From an uncultured Verrucomicrobiae bacterium (lineage in GTDB: Bacteria; Verrucomicrobiota; Verrucomicrobiia; Limisphaerales; JAFGQR01), in assembly GCA_963788655.1 (NCBI GenBank), contig CAWBHS010000074.1, forward strand, positions 1 to 64,000: a stretch of DNA of 64,000 nt, written 5' to 3'. Made by a program: the position numbers and the translations under genes. Under the pieces are notes generated by a model, which was given only the letters and a program-made list of their open reading frames with translations, was not told the origin of the DNA and did not search any database. The stretch's first letter is position 1. Every line of letters starts with the position of its first letter. This document shows, in pieces, positions 9,833-19,669 of this stretch.

Positions 9833-10327
9833 GTGAAGCGAGTATTGCTTTCATTCCTGCTGGGTTTGGCGGCTGGTTGGGGCGCTTACTGGTATGTGGA
9901 TCACCACAAATTCCAGGCTTGGCGCACCAAGCAGAAGGTCATGCACCAGGTCGAGGCTGCCGCCCATTCTCTGGAAGAAAGATTCAGCGAAATCACCACC
10001 CAAGCAGTCAAAGAGCAACTGGCCAAAACCGGCGTTTATATCGTCGAAAAAGCCAAAGAAGCGGGAGCCGTCGTGGCCAACGCGACCACGGATGCCCGCA
10101 TTACGGCCACCATCAAAACCAAGCTGTTTGGCGAACCCGGCATGCCGGCGATGCGGATCAATGTGGATACTTCGGACGGGGTGGTCACGCTTTCCGGCAC
10201 AGCCAATTCCTTGGCCCAGGTTACCACTGCCATTCAACTCGCCGCCGCCACTGGCGGAGTGCGCCGCGTTATTTCGACCATTCAGGTTAAACCGGATAAC
10301 AGCGGTCAATCCCCGCCAACCCAATAA
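9833..10327 (+). CDS. BON-domain (OsmY-like) protein
   Basis: DARITATIKTKL..INVDTSDGVVTLSG..GVRRVIS; N-terminal hydrophobic anchor; GTG start assumed. Confidence 0.88.
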   Translation: MKRVLLSFLLGLAAGWGAYWYVDHHKFQAWRTKQKVMHQVEAAAHSLEERFSEITTQAVKEQLAKTGVYIVEKAKEAGAVVANATTDARITATIKTKLFGEPGMPAMRINVDTSDGVVTLSGTANSLAQVTTAIQLAAATGGVRRVISTIQVKPDNSGQSPPTQ

Positions 10328-10391
10328 GCGGTAATTGTCTCTCTTTGATTGCATCCTTGAACTCCGGTCACCGGCCATCTAGCTTCAATGG

Positions 10392-11669
10392 GTGTCGCGA
10401 ATGCCCTTCGAGTTGTTTCTTGCGCTCCGCTACCTCCGTCCCAAACGGACGTTCGTATCGGTGATCACCCTCATTTCCGTGATTGGCGTGATGCTGGGGG
10501 TGGCGGTGCTGATCATCGTCATCAGCGTAATGAGCGGCTTCGACCGGCAATTGCGCGATAAAATTCTGGGATTTAACGCCCACATGCGGATCTTCCGGAC
10601 GGAGGAGACGATGACCAACTACATGGAGCTTATGAAGGAGGTGGAGGCCAATCCTCAGGTGAAATCGGCCGCGCCGTTCATCATGGGCCGGGTCATGGTG
10701 CAGACCGAGCCGGATTACGGGAACTCGTTGGTGGACGCCCCCTGGATGCGCGGTATGGATCTGCGGTATGAGACGAACGTGACTTCGCTCTACACCAACA
10801 TGGTCGCGGGCGAATGCTTTCTGGAAGGCAGCAGCGTACTGGTGGGTTCGGAGTTTGCCCGGCAACTGCGGTTGCACGTGGGCGACCGGTTGGCCATCTA
10901 TTCGCCCCGGCAACTCGAAGAAGTGCGATCGCACAAAGGCAAACTGAAGGACATTGACGAGATATCTCCGGCGGATGATTTCGTCGTGCGCGGCATTTTC
11001 GACGTGGGCTACTACGAGTTTAATGCGTCGGTGATTGTCACTTCGATGGAGAACGCGCAGGACATGTATCGCTTGCCGGGCAGCGTTCACGGCCTGATGG
11101 TGATGCTGAAAGATCCTTACCAGGCGGCGACCGTGCGAAACCAGTTGCTGGAAAAACTCGGGCCAGCGTATCAAATCTCAATCTGGACCGAGGAGAACTC
11201 CGCCATTCTCAACGCACTGATGGTGGAGAAAAACATGATGTTCTATTTACTCTTTTTCATCATGATCGTGGCGGCGTTCGGCATCATGAATTCCTTGATC
11301 ACGTTTGTGGTGCAGAAGACGCGAGAGATCGGCGCACTGAAGGCGCTCGGGGCCGCGCACGGACAAGTGCTCTGGCTGTTTCTCAGCCAAAGCTTGGTGG
11401 TGGGCATCGTCGGGGTTTTCTCCGGGTTCGGCCTCGGGATGCTGGCGCTGCACTATCGCAACGAGTTTTTACACTTTATGAACCGGATGACGGGCATCGA
11501 GTTGTTCCCCGCTTCGATTTACAGCTTTGCCGAATTGCCGGCGCTGATCATGCCGACGGACATTGCCTTGATCTGCGGCAGCGCCCTGGTGATTTGTGTG
11601 CTGGCAGGAGTCATTCCGGCTTGGAACGCGGCCCGGCTCCGGCCGGTGGAGGCCCTGCGTCATGACTGA
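10392..11669 (+). CDS. lolC: Lipoprotein-releasing ABC transporter permease LolC/E
   Basis: LALRYLRPKR..ISVIGVMLGVAVLIIVISVMSGF, QKTREIGALKALGA, PAWNAARLRPVEALR. Confidence 0.9.
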   Translation: MSRMPFELFLALRYLRPKRTFVSVITLISVIGVMLGVAVLIIVISVMSGFDRQLRDKILGFNAHMRIFRTEETMTNYMELMKEVEANPQVKSAAPFIMGRVMVQTEPDYGNSLVDAPWMRGMDLRYETNVTSLYTNMVAGECFLEGSSVLVGSEFARQLRLHVGDRLAIYSPRQLEEVRSHKGKLKDIDEISPADDFVVRGIFDVGYYEFNASVIVTSMENAQDMYRLPGSVHGLMVMLKDPYQAATVRNQLLEKLGPAYQISIWTEENSAILNALMVEKNMMFYLLFFIMIVAAFGIMNSLITFVVQKTREIGALKALGAAHGQVLWLFLSQSLVVGIVGVFSGFGLGMLALHYRNEFLHFMNRMTGIELFPASIYSFAELPALIMPTDIALICGSALVICVLAGVIPAWNAARLRPVEALRHD

Positions 11670-12423
11670 ATTCAATCGCGGACCAGACATCGAAACCGAG
11701 AGCTTGGTTGTGGAACCTCCGGCCGCAACCGATCGGTTGCTGGAAGCGCATGACTTGCACAAGACTTACGTGATTGGACGGCGCACGTTGGAAGTGTTGC
11801 GTGGGGTGACTTTGACAGTCCTCCAGGGTGAGTTCACGGCGTTACGCGGCGCGTCCGGAGCCGGCAAAAGCACCTTGCTGCACTTGTTGGGAGGCCTCGA
11901 CACCCCGAACCGGGGCCAGATTGTTTTTGCGGGGCGGGATTTGTCGCGCCTGTCGGCATTGGAACTCGCGCGCTGGCGCAACCGCAAAGTCGGTTTCATT
12001 TTCCAGGCCTACCATTTGTTTCCCGAGCTGGACGCGCTCGAAAACGTCTGCCTGCCGGCGCGCATGGCGCGGGTGCCCGTCGCCACGGCGACGCGCCGGG
12101 GCAGCGAGTTGTTGCAACGAGTGGGTTTGGGCAACCGGCTGGATCACAAGCCAACCGAGCTCTCGGGAGGCGAACAGCAACGGGTGGCGCTGGCCCGGGC
12201 ACTCATCAATGAACCCGAATTGATCCTGGCGGACGAACCGACCGGGAACCTCGACTCCCATACCGGGGAAGAAATCATTGAATTGCTCTGCAGCCTGCGC
12301 GTCGAAAGGAAGGCGACCATGATCATCGCCACGCACGATGCCCAAGTGGCGGCGCGCGCACCGAAAGTTTTGGAATTGGTTGATGGACAGATACAAAGTT
12401 CCGGAGTGGATGAAGGCAATTAG
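11662..12423 (+). CDS. lolD: Lipoprotein-releasing ABC transporter ATP-binding protein
   Basis: GASGAGKSTLL, GFIFQAYHL, LSGGEQQRVALARAL, LADEPTGNLD; overlaps lolC/E end. Confidence 0.9.
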   Translation: MTEFNRGPDIETESLVVEPPAATDRLLEAHDLHKTYVIGRRTLEVLRGVTLTVLQGEFTALRGASGAGKSTLLHLLGGLDTPNRGQIVFAGRDLSRLSALELARWRNRKVGFIFQAYHLFPELDALENVCLPARMARVPVATATRRGSELLQRVGLGNRLDHKPTELSGGEQQRVALARALINEPELILADEPTGNLDSHTGEEIIELLCSLRVERKATMIIATHDAQVAARAPKVLELVDGQIQSSGVDEGN

Positions 12424-12538
12424 CTATTGCACAATTCTTTGCTCACCGGGAAGGAACTTTCTATTGACCCGCAAAGAGAAAACCCTACTCTTTGCGGAAA
12501 TTTACCAACAATACGTTCGTATATTGATTTAAACATTT

Positions 12539-13919
12539 ATGGATAACAAAACGACTAAACCGACGGCCGGCGGGAATTCGCGCCGGGACTTTCTTAAAAA
12601 ATCAGGCACCGCCGCCGCGGTTTTCGCCGCCGGCGGGCTGTTCAAAACTCCGGTCTATGGACAAAGCACGGCCCCTTCGACCGGTCGCGTCATTGGCGCC
12701 AACGACCGCATTGTGCTTGGCTTCATCGGCCTGGGGGGACAGGGATTGAACTCGCACTTGAAACCCATTGTCAGCAACGCGCAGCAGCACAATGTCTCCG
12801 TCGCCGCCGTGTGCGATTTGTCGAAGACCCGCTTGAAAGCAGCCCAGGAAGCGGCCGGCTCGCAGGCCAAGGCCTACGAAGACTACCGGAAGCTGCTCGA
12901 ACAGAAGGACATTGATGCGATCTTCTGTTCCACCGTCAACCATTGGCATGCCAAGGTGTCCATTGACTCGTTGAATGCCGGCAAACACATCTACGCCGAA
13001 AAGCCGCTCAGCCGTTATCTAAACGAAGCCTTTGAAGTTTATGACACGGTTAAAAAGACCGGCAAGGTGTTCCAAGTGGGTTCCCAAGGCTGCTCGGACA
13101 TGAAGTGGCACAAAGCGGCCGAGCTCGTCAAGAACGGCGACATCGGGCAGATCGTGATGTGCCAGGGTTCTTACATGCGCAATACCGACAAGGGCGAGTG
13201 GAACCAGTACTCGCTCGACTCCTGGGCCACCCCCGAAGACGTCAATTGGAAAATGTGGCTGGGCGACGACATCAAGCTGCGCCATGACTTCAACAAAGAA
13301 GACTTTTTCCGCTGGCGCAAATACTACCAGGTACTGCTCGGGTGTCCTGGGCGATTTGTTCCCGCACAAGTTGCACCCGTACATGCTGGCCACGGGCAAT
13401 CCGCAATTCCCCGTGCGCGTGTCCGCTGTCGGCAGCAAGCCGTGTCACACGGACAAAAACACGCCGGGAGCTGGCGAACGCGACGTGCCGGAAATCGTCC
13501 AGATGATTGCTGAGTTTCCCAATGGCATGGTCATGCACATTACCAGCGGCACAGTCAATGAAGTCGGCACCGAGGAACTGATCCGCGGACACAAAGCATC
13601 GATTTACATGGGCAGCAACCGGGTGGTGCTGAAGCCCGAACGTCCCTTTGCCGACGAGGTCGATCCCGTCCAAAGCGAAGCGTTCATGCCCGAAAACATC
13701 CCGGCGCACCACCGGAATTTCTTCGCGGCCATCCGGGGCCAAGAAGAGGCTTATGCGGGCATCGACCTGGCCATCAAGGTGCAAACGGTGATCTCCCTCG
13801 CGGAAATGTCCGACCGCACGAACATGATGTGTCGGTTCGACGAAAAAACCCGCAAGGTCATGGACTCGAACGACAAGGAAATTGATCCGATTACTTACGG
13901 AACCCTCAAGATTTCCTAA
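12539..13919 (+). CDS. Tat-exported Gfo/Idh/MocA oxidoreductase (one frameshift near 13330)
   Basis: SRRDFLK Tat motif, GANDRI..GFIGLGGQG, HIYAEKP, FFRWRKY; continues in another frame as YCSGVLGDLFPH... Confidence 0.88.
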
Positions 13920-13988
13920 GTCCGAACCGGATTCGTTCACCCAGGTTTCGGTGGAGTTTTTCCACTGAAACCTTTTTCATTGGTTCCC

Positions 13989-15092
13989 ATGACTTCCGTA
14001 ACGCTGGCCCGGCAGGCGATGGCGACACGGTTCGAGATGATTCTCTGCGGCGAACATCCTGCGGCGCTGCGGGCTGCCGGCGAGGAAGCACTGGATGAAA
14101 TTGAACGGCTCGAGGCGCAACTAAGCCTGTACCGGTCCGGCAGCGAAGTGGCCCGCTTGAATGCCCGGGCCGCCCAGGAAACGATCCGGGTGGAGCCGGG
14201 CTTGTTTCGCCTGCTCGAGCACGCCCAGCGATTGCACCGCGAAACCAATGGGGCGTTCGACATAACCATCGGCCCGTTGATGCGTTGCTGGGGCTTTATG
14301 GGCGGCTCGGGCCAATTGGCTTCCCCCGACAAGGTGGCTCAAGCGCGGTCCCAAGTGGGCATGGACCTCGTCCAATTGAATCCGCGCGACTTTACCGTCC
14401 ACTTCTTGCGCGAGGGCGTGACCTTGGATCTCGGGGCCATTGGTAAAGGCTATGCCATCGAACAAGCCGCGGACATTCTCGAAGAAGCGGGAGTGACTCG
14501 CGGGTTGTTGCACGGCGGCACCAGCACCATCCGCGCTCTGGGAGCACCGCCCGACAGCGCGGCTTGGAAAGTAGGAATCAACGTTCCCCAACAGGCAAGA
14601 AAACGAAGTTCCCCTGCGGCAAACGCAGGGGAACCAAGCGAACGCAACGCAGTGACGAAGCTGGCCTCGCCTATTGGAGTCGGCGCCGGACTCGAGGCGG
14701 AAGCCGCGGCTGATTCTTCGGATACGCTGGCCGTGTTGAGTCTGTGCGACGAAGCGCTCTCGGTTTCGGCAGTGGAGGGTAAGTTCTTCGAAGCCAGTGG
14801 TCGCGTGTTCGGCCACGTAATCGATCCGCACACCGGGGAACCGACTTCGCGCGCCGTGCTGGCGGCGGTAGTGCTGCCGTCGGCGACCGAGTCGGATGCT
14901 TTGTCCACGGCCTTGCTAACCACCGGTTCCGCGGGATTGGCCGAATTAGCCGCCTGGCTTCCGGACCTGAAAGCAATCGTTTTGGAACCGGGGCGGGAAC
15001 CGGGGCAGTATTCGGTGCGGTCGCGCGGTTTTCCGACGCAAATGACTGTCCGCGCTAAAGTTAATGGCTTTGAGGTCGAAAACAGAAATTGA
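13989..15092 (+). CDS. apbE: FAD:protein FMN transferase (ApbE family)
   Basis: AMATRFE, GAFDITIGPL, LDLGAIGKGYA, GHVIDPHTG, SDALSTAL; ~45-aa low-complexity insert. Confidence 0.9.
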   Translation: MTSVTLARQAMATRFEMILCGEHPAALRAAGEEALDEIERLEAQLSLYRSGSEVARLNARAAQETIRVEPGLFRLLEHAQRLHRETNGAFDITIGPLMRCWGFMGGSGQLASPDKVAQARSQVGMDLVQLNPRDFTVHFLREGVTLDLGAIGKGYAIEQAADILEEAGVTRGLLHGGTSTIRALGAPPDSAAWKVGINVPQQARKRSSPAANAGEPSERNAVTKLASPIGVGAGLEAEAAADSSDTLAVLSLCDEALSVSAVEGKFFEASGRVFGHVIDPHTGEPTSRAVLAAVVLPSATESDALSTALLTTGSAGLAELAAWLPDLKAIVLEPGREPGQYSVRSRGFPTQMTVRAKVNGFEVENRN

Positions 15093-15125
15093 AAACGCCG
15101 TCTTGAGCAGGTAGTTTGTCAGCGC

Positions 15126-16007
15126 ATGTTGGAAGACCGCCCTTACATGAGAAGATCAGATTACCGGCCGCACCAAACGCTGCCGGGGGTGGTGGTTCTA
15201 TTGATCATCAATGTGGTCGTTTTTCTCCTGGTGGCCATCAACGATGCCTCTGGACGGTTCCCTGTTTTCCACTATTTCGCCCTGAGCCGCACCGGCATTG
15301 GTCACGGTTTTGTCTGGCAGCTCCTGACCTTTCAGTTCCTCCATGCCGGACTCTGGCATCTGCTAATCAACATGTTTGTCCTGTACATCTTTGGCCGGGC
15401 GGTGGAGGACATGATCGGCAAAAAGGATTTCTTCGCGCTTTACCTGGCCAGCGGGGTTGCGGGTGGGCTGCTGCAATTGCTCTTGGGACTTGCGTTTCCT
15501 CGCCTATTCGGGGCCTCGGTCGTCGGTGCTTCCGCTGGAGTGTTTGGAGTCATTGCAGCGTTTTCGATTTTGGCTCCTGATCAGCAAATCCTCCTTTTTT
15601 TTGTGCTACCCATCCGGTCCCGGTACTTCCTGTGGATCGCCGCGGGGGTGTCGGTCTTCTCTATGCTCGTTCCCGTGAGCCCGGGGGTGGCGCACGCCGC
15701 CCATTTGGGAGGCTTGCTCGCCGGAGTCGCTTACATACGCTGGGTAATTCAATCGGGACGGACGGTCACCAGTTGGCTGCCGGTTCGAGTCCGACGTTCC
15801 GATGACTTGGTGCGAGTGCGCTTTCCCCGCACGCGATCCCGGCGCCAAGCAGCCCATGCCGAGCCGATGGATGTTACCAACCCGGATTTCATCAGCCAGG
15901 AAGTCGATCCCATTCTCGATAAGATCTCGGCGCACGGGATGCAAAGCCTGACCCCTCGCGAGCGCAAAATCCTTGAGTCGGCGCGCAGCAAAATGGAGCG
16001 GCGTTAA
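15126..16007 (+). CDS. Rhomboid intramembrane serine protease with C-terminal soluble domain
   Basis: WQLLTFQFLH, HLLINM, VGASAG, AHAAHLGG; C-terminus EVDPILDKISAHGMQSLT. Confidence 0.92.
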   Translation: MLEDRPYMRRSDYRPHQTLPGVVVLLIINVVVFLLVAINDASGRFPVFHYFALSRTGIGHGFVWQLLTFQFLHAGLWHLLINMFVLYIFGRAVEDMIGKKDFFALYLASGVAGGLLQLLLGLAFPRLFGASVVGASAGVFGVIAAFSILAPDQQILLFFVLPIRSRYFLWIAAGVSVFSMLVPVSPGVAHAAHLGGLLAGVAYIRWVIQSGRTVTSWLPVRVRRSDDLVRVRFPRTRSRRQAAHAEPMDVTNPDFISQEVDPILDKISAHGMQSLTPRERKILESARSKMERR

Positions 16008-16061
16008 GCCGGAGGTTTCACTTCCGCTGTGGTTGCGGACCTGTGGCAGCGAACCTGAGCG

Positions 16062-16099
16062 CTCCCCCAGGGGTCCGCTTCCTCACGTCGTCGGCTACA
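16062..16099. repeat. Degenerate family B palindrome
   Basis: ...CTCACGTCGTCGGCTACA arm between convergent genes. Confidence 0.5.
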
Positions 16100-16152
16100 G
16101 CTTATTGGTGGTTTGAGCGAAGTGCGAAATCTCAAGCCAACCCGGGCAATGG

Positions 16153-17547
16153 TCAAATCTCCAACACGTCGCCCTGTTGCGGTACGACTACGTCCGACTT
16201 GGGCTTAATTCCTTTGAGGGTTTCTCCAAAGGCCAGGCATTGTGCTTCTTCCCCGTGGATGACGGCGATCTTCTTGAGGTCGCCGGTAAGGTTCTCGACA
16301 TACCGCTTGAGTTCGTGTTTATCCGCGTGACCGGAGAACGCATCAAAAGACACGACCTTGGCGCGGACTTCCTGCGGTTCGCCGAAAATGTTGACCGGGT
16401 TGCGCCCCGTCATGATTTGCGCCCCTAGCGTGTGTTCGGCGCAGTAACCGATGAACAACACCACGTTGTTGGCGTAGCCGATGTGGTTCTTGAGGTGATG
16501 CCGGATGCGCCCGGCTTCGCACATTCCCGAGGCGCTGATGATGATGGCGGGATCTTTGAGTTCGTTCAGTTTCATCGAGTGCGCCACCTGCCGGATGTAG
16601 GTCAGGTTTTCCATGCCGAACGGATTCTCCTTCTCCCGCAGGAACGCGTAGATTTCCGCATTGAAACATTCGGGGTGCAGCCGGTATACCTCGGTGGCGT
16701 TGACGCTCAACGGACTGTCCACGTAAATCGGGGCCCGGGGCAGTTTGTTATCGAGCGTGAATTGGTGCAGCACATAGACAATCTCCTGCGTGCGGCCAAC
16801 GCTGAAGGCGGGAATGATCACCTTGCCGTTTTGCTCCAGGACGTCGCGCACCACCTGGCCCAGTTGTTCGATCGAGCCGGCTTTTTCCGTGTGCTCGCGG
16901 GCGCCATAAGTGGACTCGATTTGCAAATAGTCCACATCCTCGACCAACACCGGATCGCGCAGAATTTCATCGCCGCCGCGTCCCACGTCCCCGCTGAACA
17001 GGTAGCGGAATTGCCGGCCCTTTTCGCGGACATCCAGGACGACTTGGGCGGAGCCCAAAATGTGCCCCGCGTCGCGAAAGGTAACTGTCACGCCATTCGC
17101 CACCGGCAACGGGCGGTCATAATTCAAGCTGACAAACTGCCGCACTGCTCGTTCAGCGTCCGTGGCCGAGTAGAGCGGTTCCACGGCCGGAAGACCTTTC
17201 TTGGCGCGCTTGCGGGAGACAAATTCGGCATCGGCTTTCTGGATTTGGGCCGAGTCCTCGAGCATGATGCTGGCGAGATCACGCGTGGCGAACGTGCAGT
17301 AAATGTTGCCGGCAAACCCCTGGCGGCAAAGATTCGGCAGGTTGCCGCAATGGTCAATGTGTGCGTGACTCAGCACCACGGCATCAATGGTCTTGGGGTC
17401 GAACGGAAAATTGCGGCTGCGCTCAATGGTTTCGCCGCGTTTGCCTTGAAACAAACCGCACTCGAGGAGGAGGCGGCTGCCGTTGATCTCCAGCAAAAAC
17501 ATCGAGCCGGTGGTCGTGCGCGTAGCACCGTAGAAATGGACTTGCAT
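16153..17547 (-). CDS. MBL-fold beta-CASP ribonuclease (YSH1/TTHA0252-like)
   Basis: LSHAHIDHCG, AGHILGS, ESTYG, PAFSVGRTQE, SGMCEAGRI, FSGHAD, HGE. Confidence 0.92.
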   Translation of the reverse strand: MQVHFYGATRTTTGSMFLLEINGSRLLLECGLFQGKRGETIERSRNFPFDPKTIDAVVLSHAHIDHCGNLPNLCRQGFAGNIYCTFATRDLASIMLEDSAQIQKADAEFVSRKRAKKGLPAVEPLYSATDAERAVRQFVSLNYDRPLPVANGVTVTFRDAGHILGSAQVVLDVREKGRQFRYLFSGDVGRGGDEILRDPVLVEDVDYLQIESTYGAREHTEKAGSIEQLGQVVRDVLEQNGKVIIPAFSVGRTQEIVYVLHQFTLDNKLPRAPIYVDSPLSVNATEVYRLHPECFNAEIYAFLREKENPFGMENLTYIRQVAHSMKLNELKDPAIIISASGMCEAGRIRHHLKNHIGYANNVVLFIGYCAEHTLGAQIMTGRNPVNIFGEPQEVRAKVVSFDAFSGHADKHELKRYVENLTGDLKKIAVIHGEEAQCLAFGETLKGIKPKSDVVVPQQGDVLEI

Positions 17548-17822
17548 GAGCGGAATCATGCCGGCCCGAGTCCTATCAGGCAAGCCAATGTGGCTCCCTC
17601 GCTTTCTCTATCATCGGCCCGATCCCAAATCCATCATTGATTTCGGATCGTTGGATACTGATGAGACAGTTGGATGAACTACCCTTTTCCGTAGCGCAGA
17701 ATTGAATTCCGCTGCCACCGCCGCGTTGGTGCTTTAGCGTGCTTGGTGCAGCGATGGCCAATGTGCTCCTGGGCGGACGTGATTCGAACGCGACACTTTG
17801 CACCGCACCAACGCAGTCGCAC

Positions 17823-19658
17823 TTACCGGCGCAGTTTCCGATCAGGATAGGGGTCGCCGGCGGGACGTTTAATGGGCATTTGCAGTCCGCCAGAAGCCTC
17901 GAGTTCATCGAAAAGTTGTTTGCGCAAACGGAGGACATTGTCCTGGAAGGCCGGCACGTCGATCAGGTTATGGCGCTCCAATGAATCGGTTTGCAGATCG
18001 TAAAAGCCGTTCCGGTCCCAGAGCCCCTGGTAGTAAATGTATTTGTAGCGGTCGGTGCGGATGGCGAAGACCGTGGGCGTGGCCGGGAAATTCCACTCCC
18101 AGTAATACTCATACAGAATATGATCCCGCCACGGCACCTCCCGTCCCCGCAACAACGGCCAAAAGGAACGGCCATCCATCGCTGGAGCGCCGGCCGGTGG
18201 CTTGATCCGTGCGGCGTCGAGCAAGGTTGGGGCGATGTCGATGTTTTGCACCATTTGCAAAACGCGCGTGCCAGGGCGGATGAGCCCCGGCGCATACGCC
18301 AGCAAGGGCACACGGATGGACACCTCGAACGCATCGCGCTTGTCATAGAAACCGTGTTCGCCCAGCGCAAAGCCATTGTCGCCCATATAGACAATGAGCG
18401 TCGAATCCGTCAAACCGGCCTGATCCAGACACTTCAGCAAGCGCCCCAGGTTTTCATCCAAACCATGAATCGTCTCGCAATACCGGCGGTAGAGGTCGTC
18501 GAAGGAAGGGACCGGATCATGATCGAGGCGGCCGGTTTCCATGTGGTCGATGCCATGGATGCCGTAACGGCGCTCTCGCACCCAGCGCGGTTGCGAGGCG
18601 TAGTTCTCCTCCGTGTTGGCCATGGTCTCCGGGTATGGGATGGGCGCTTGAGCGTAACGGCCCCGATGCCGCGGGGCGGGTGCGAACGGATAATGAACCG
18701 CCTTGAACGAAAGATAGAGAAAGAACGGCTTGGCGTGCCGATTCGTTAGCCAGTCCAAGGCCAGATCGGTCAGCACGTCCGTGTTGTAACCTTCGAATTG
18801 TCGGCGCTGGCCGTTGATGTTGATCGTGGGGTTGAAGTACTCTCCCTGCCCGCGAAAGGACGCCCAATGGTCGAAGCCTTTGCGGGCTTCATCCAAGTCG
18901 TGGCCCATGTGCCATTTACCAATGAACGCCGTTTCGTAGCCGGCCGATTGCAGGTATTCCGGGAAGAAACGAATGTCCGGCGGTTCGGGCCGCTGATTGT
19001 CCACCACGTGATGGTGGTGCATGTATTGGCCCGTGAGAATGGACGCGCGGCTGGGCGAACAAAGCGACGTGCTCACAAACGCATTGACCACGTGCGCTCC
19101 ATTGGTCGCCATTCGATCCAGATTAGGTGTCTCCAGGAAAGTCGGCGCCTGCTTCATGAAGCTCATGAAATCGTAGCGATGATCGTCGCTCAGAATGAAA
19201 ATGAGGTTGCGGGGCTGCTGGGCGGCATTGGGCGATGCGGCGGGCGCGCCATGAGCGAATTGACTCAGCCCCAGCAAACCAAAGAACAGCAGCGTCAGCT
19301 TTGGCTGCCACCAGCGAATTGGTCCGCCCGCAGCATCGCCCGGAGCGCGGCTGCCCTCATCCGCGCGTTCCGAGTCAGTCGTTCGCGCGGATGAAGGCAT
19401 CCGCGTTCCACAAAAGTGTGAGATCCTGGCTAGCCGGGGATGGGCTTGATGGCGCGCCTGCCTCGCGCGCTGCCAACCGGTGCCGCCACCGATTGGCTCG
19501 GCAATGTTCGTACTCAGGAAACGGCGAAAACCTTCCGACCTCCGAACTGTGGTTGGCGAGGCTCCAACCACGGCGCCCGGGGCGGGCGCGCTCCTCGTGC
19601 TGCTTGAATCGGTGCCGACGATCACTGGCTCAGCAGGCAGAAGTTGGTTGGCAGTCAT
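17823..19658 (-). CDS. Sulfatase (Cys-type, S1 family); start uncertain (19658 or 19400)
   Basis: NLIFILSDDHR, LCSPSRASILTG, GKWH, DNGFALGEHGFYDKR; hydrophobic signal region near 19300. Confidence 0.92.
   Translation of the reverse strand: MTANQLLPAEPVIVGTDSSSTRSAPAPGAVVGASPTTVRRSEGFRRFLSTNIAEPIGGGTGWQRARQARHQAHPRLARISHFCGTRMPSSARTTDSERADEGSRAPGDAAGGPIRWWQPKLTLLFFGLLGLSQFAHGAPAASPNAAQQPRNLIFILSDDHRYDFMSFMKQAPTFLETPNLDRMATNGAHVVNAFVSTSLCSPSRASILTGQYMHHHHVVDNQRPEPPDIRFFPEYLQSAGYETAFIGKWHMGHDLDEARKGFDHWASFRGQGEYFNPTININGQRRQFEGYNTDVLTDLALDWLTNRHAKPFFLYLSFKAVHYPFAPAPRHRGRYAQAPIPYPETMANTEENYASQPRWVRERRYGIHGIDHMETGRLDHDPVPSFDDLYRRYCETIHGLDENLGRLLKCLDQAGLTDSTLIVYMGDNGFALGEHGFYDKRDAFEVSIRVPLLAYAPGLIRPGTRVLQMVQNIDIAPTLLDAARIKPPAGAPAMDGRSFWPLLRGREVPWRDHILYEYYWEWNFPATPTVFAIRTDRYKYIYYQGLWDRNGFYDLQTDSLERHNLIDVPAFQDNVLRLRKQLFDELEASGGLQMPIKRPAGDPYPDRKLRR
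19342..19409. repeat. REP-like palindrome, family D
   Basis: GGAGCGCGGCTGCCCTCATCCGCGCG / CGCGCGGATGAAGGCATCCGCGTTCC. Confidence 0.7.
19549..19594. repeat. REP-like element, family C
   Basis: GTGGTTGGCGAGGCTCCAACCACGGCGCCCGGGGCGGGCGCGCTCC; near-identical at 23890-23937, similar at 63046-63091. Confidence 0.8.
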
Positions 19659-19669
19659 TCGCGACTGAA

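Noticed and set aside
13320..13340. Programmed frameshifting in the oxidoreductase (also amtB, lipoprotein, CehA, PA14 genes)
   Set aside because: No slippery heptamer or stimulatory structure seen; single-base indels are common across the window and fit sequencing error.
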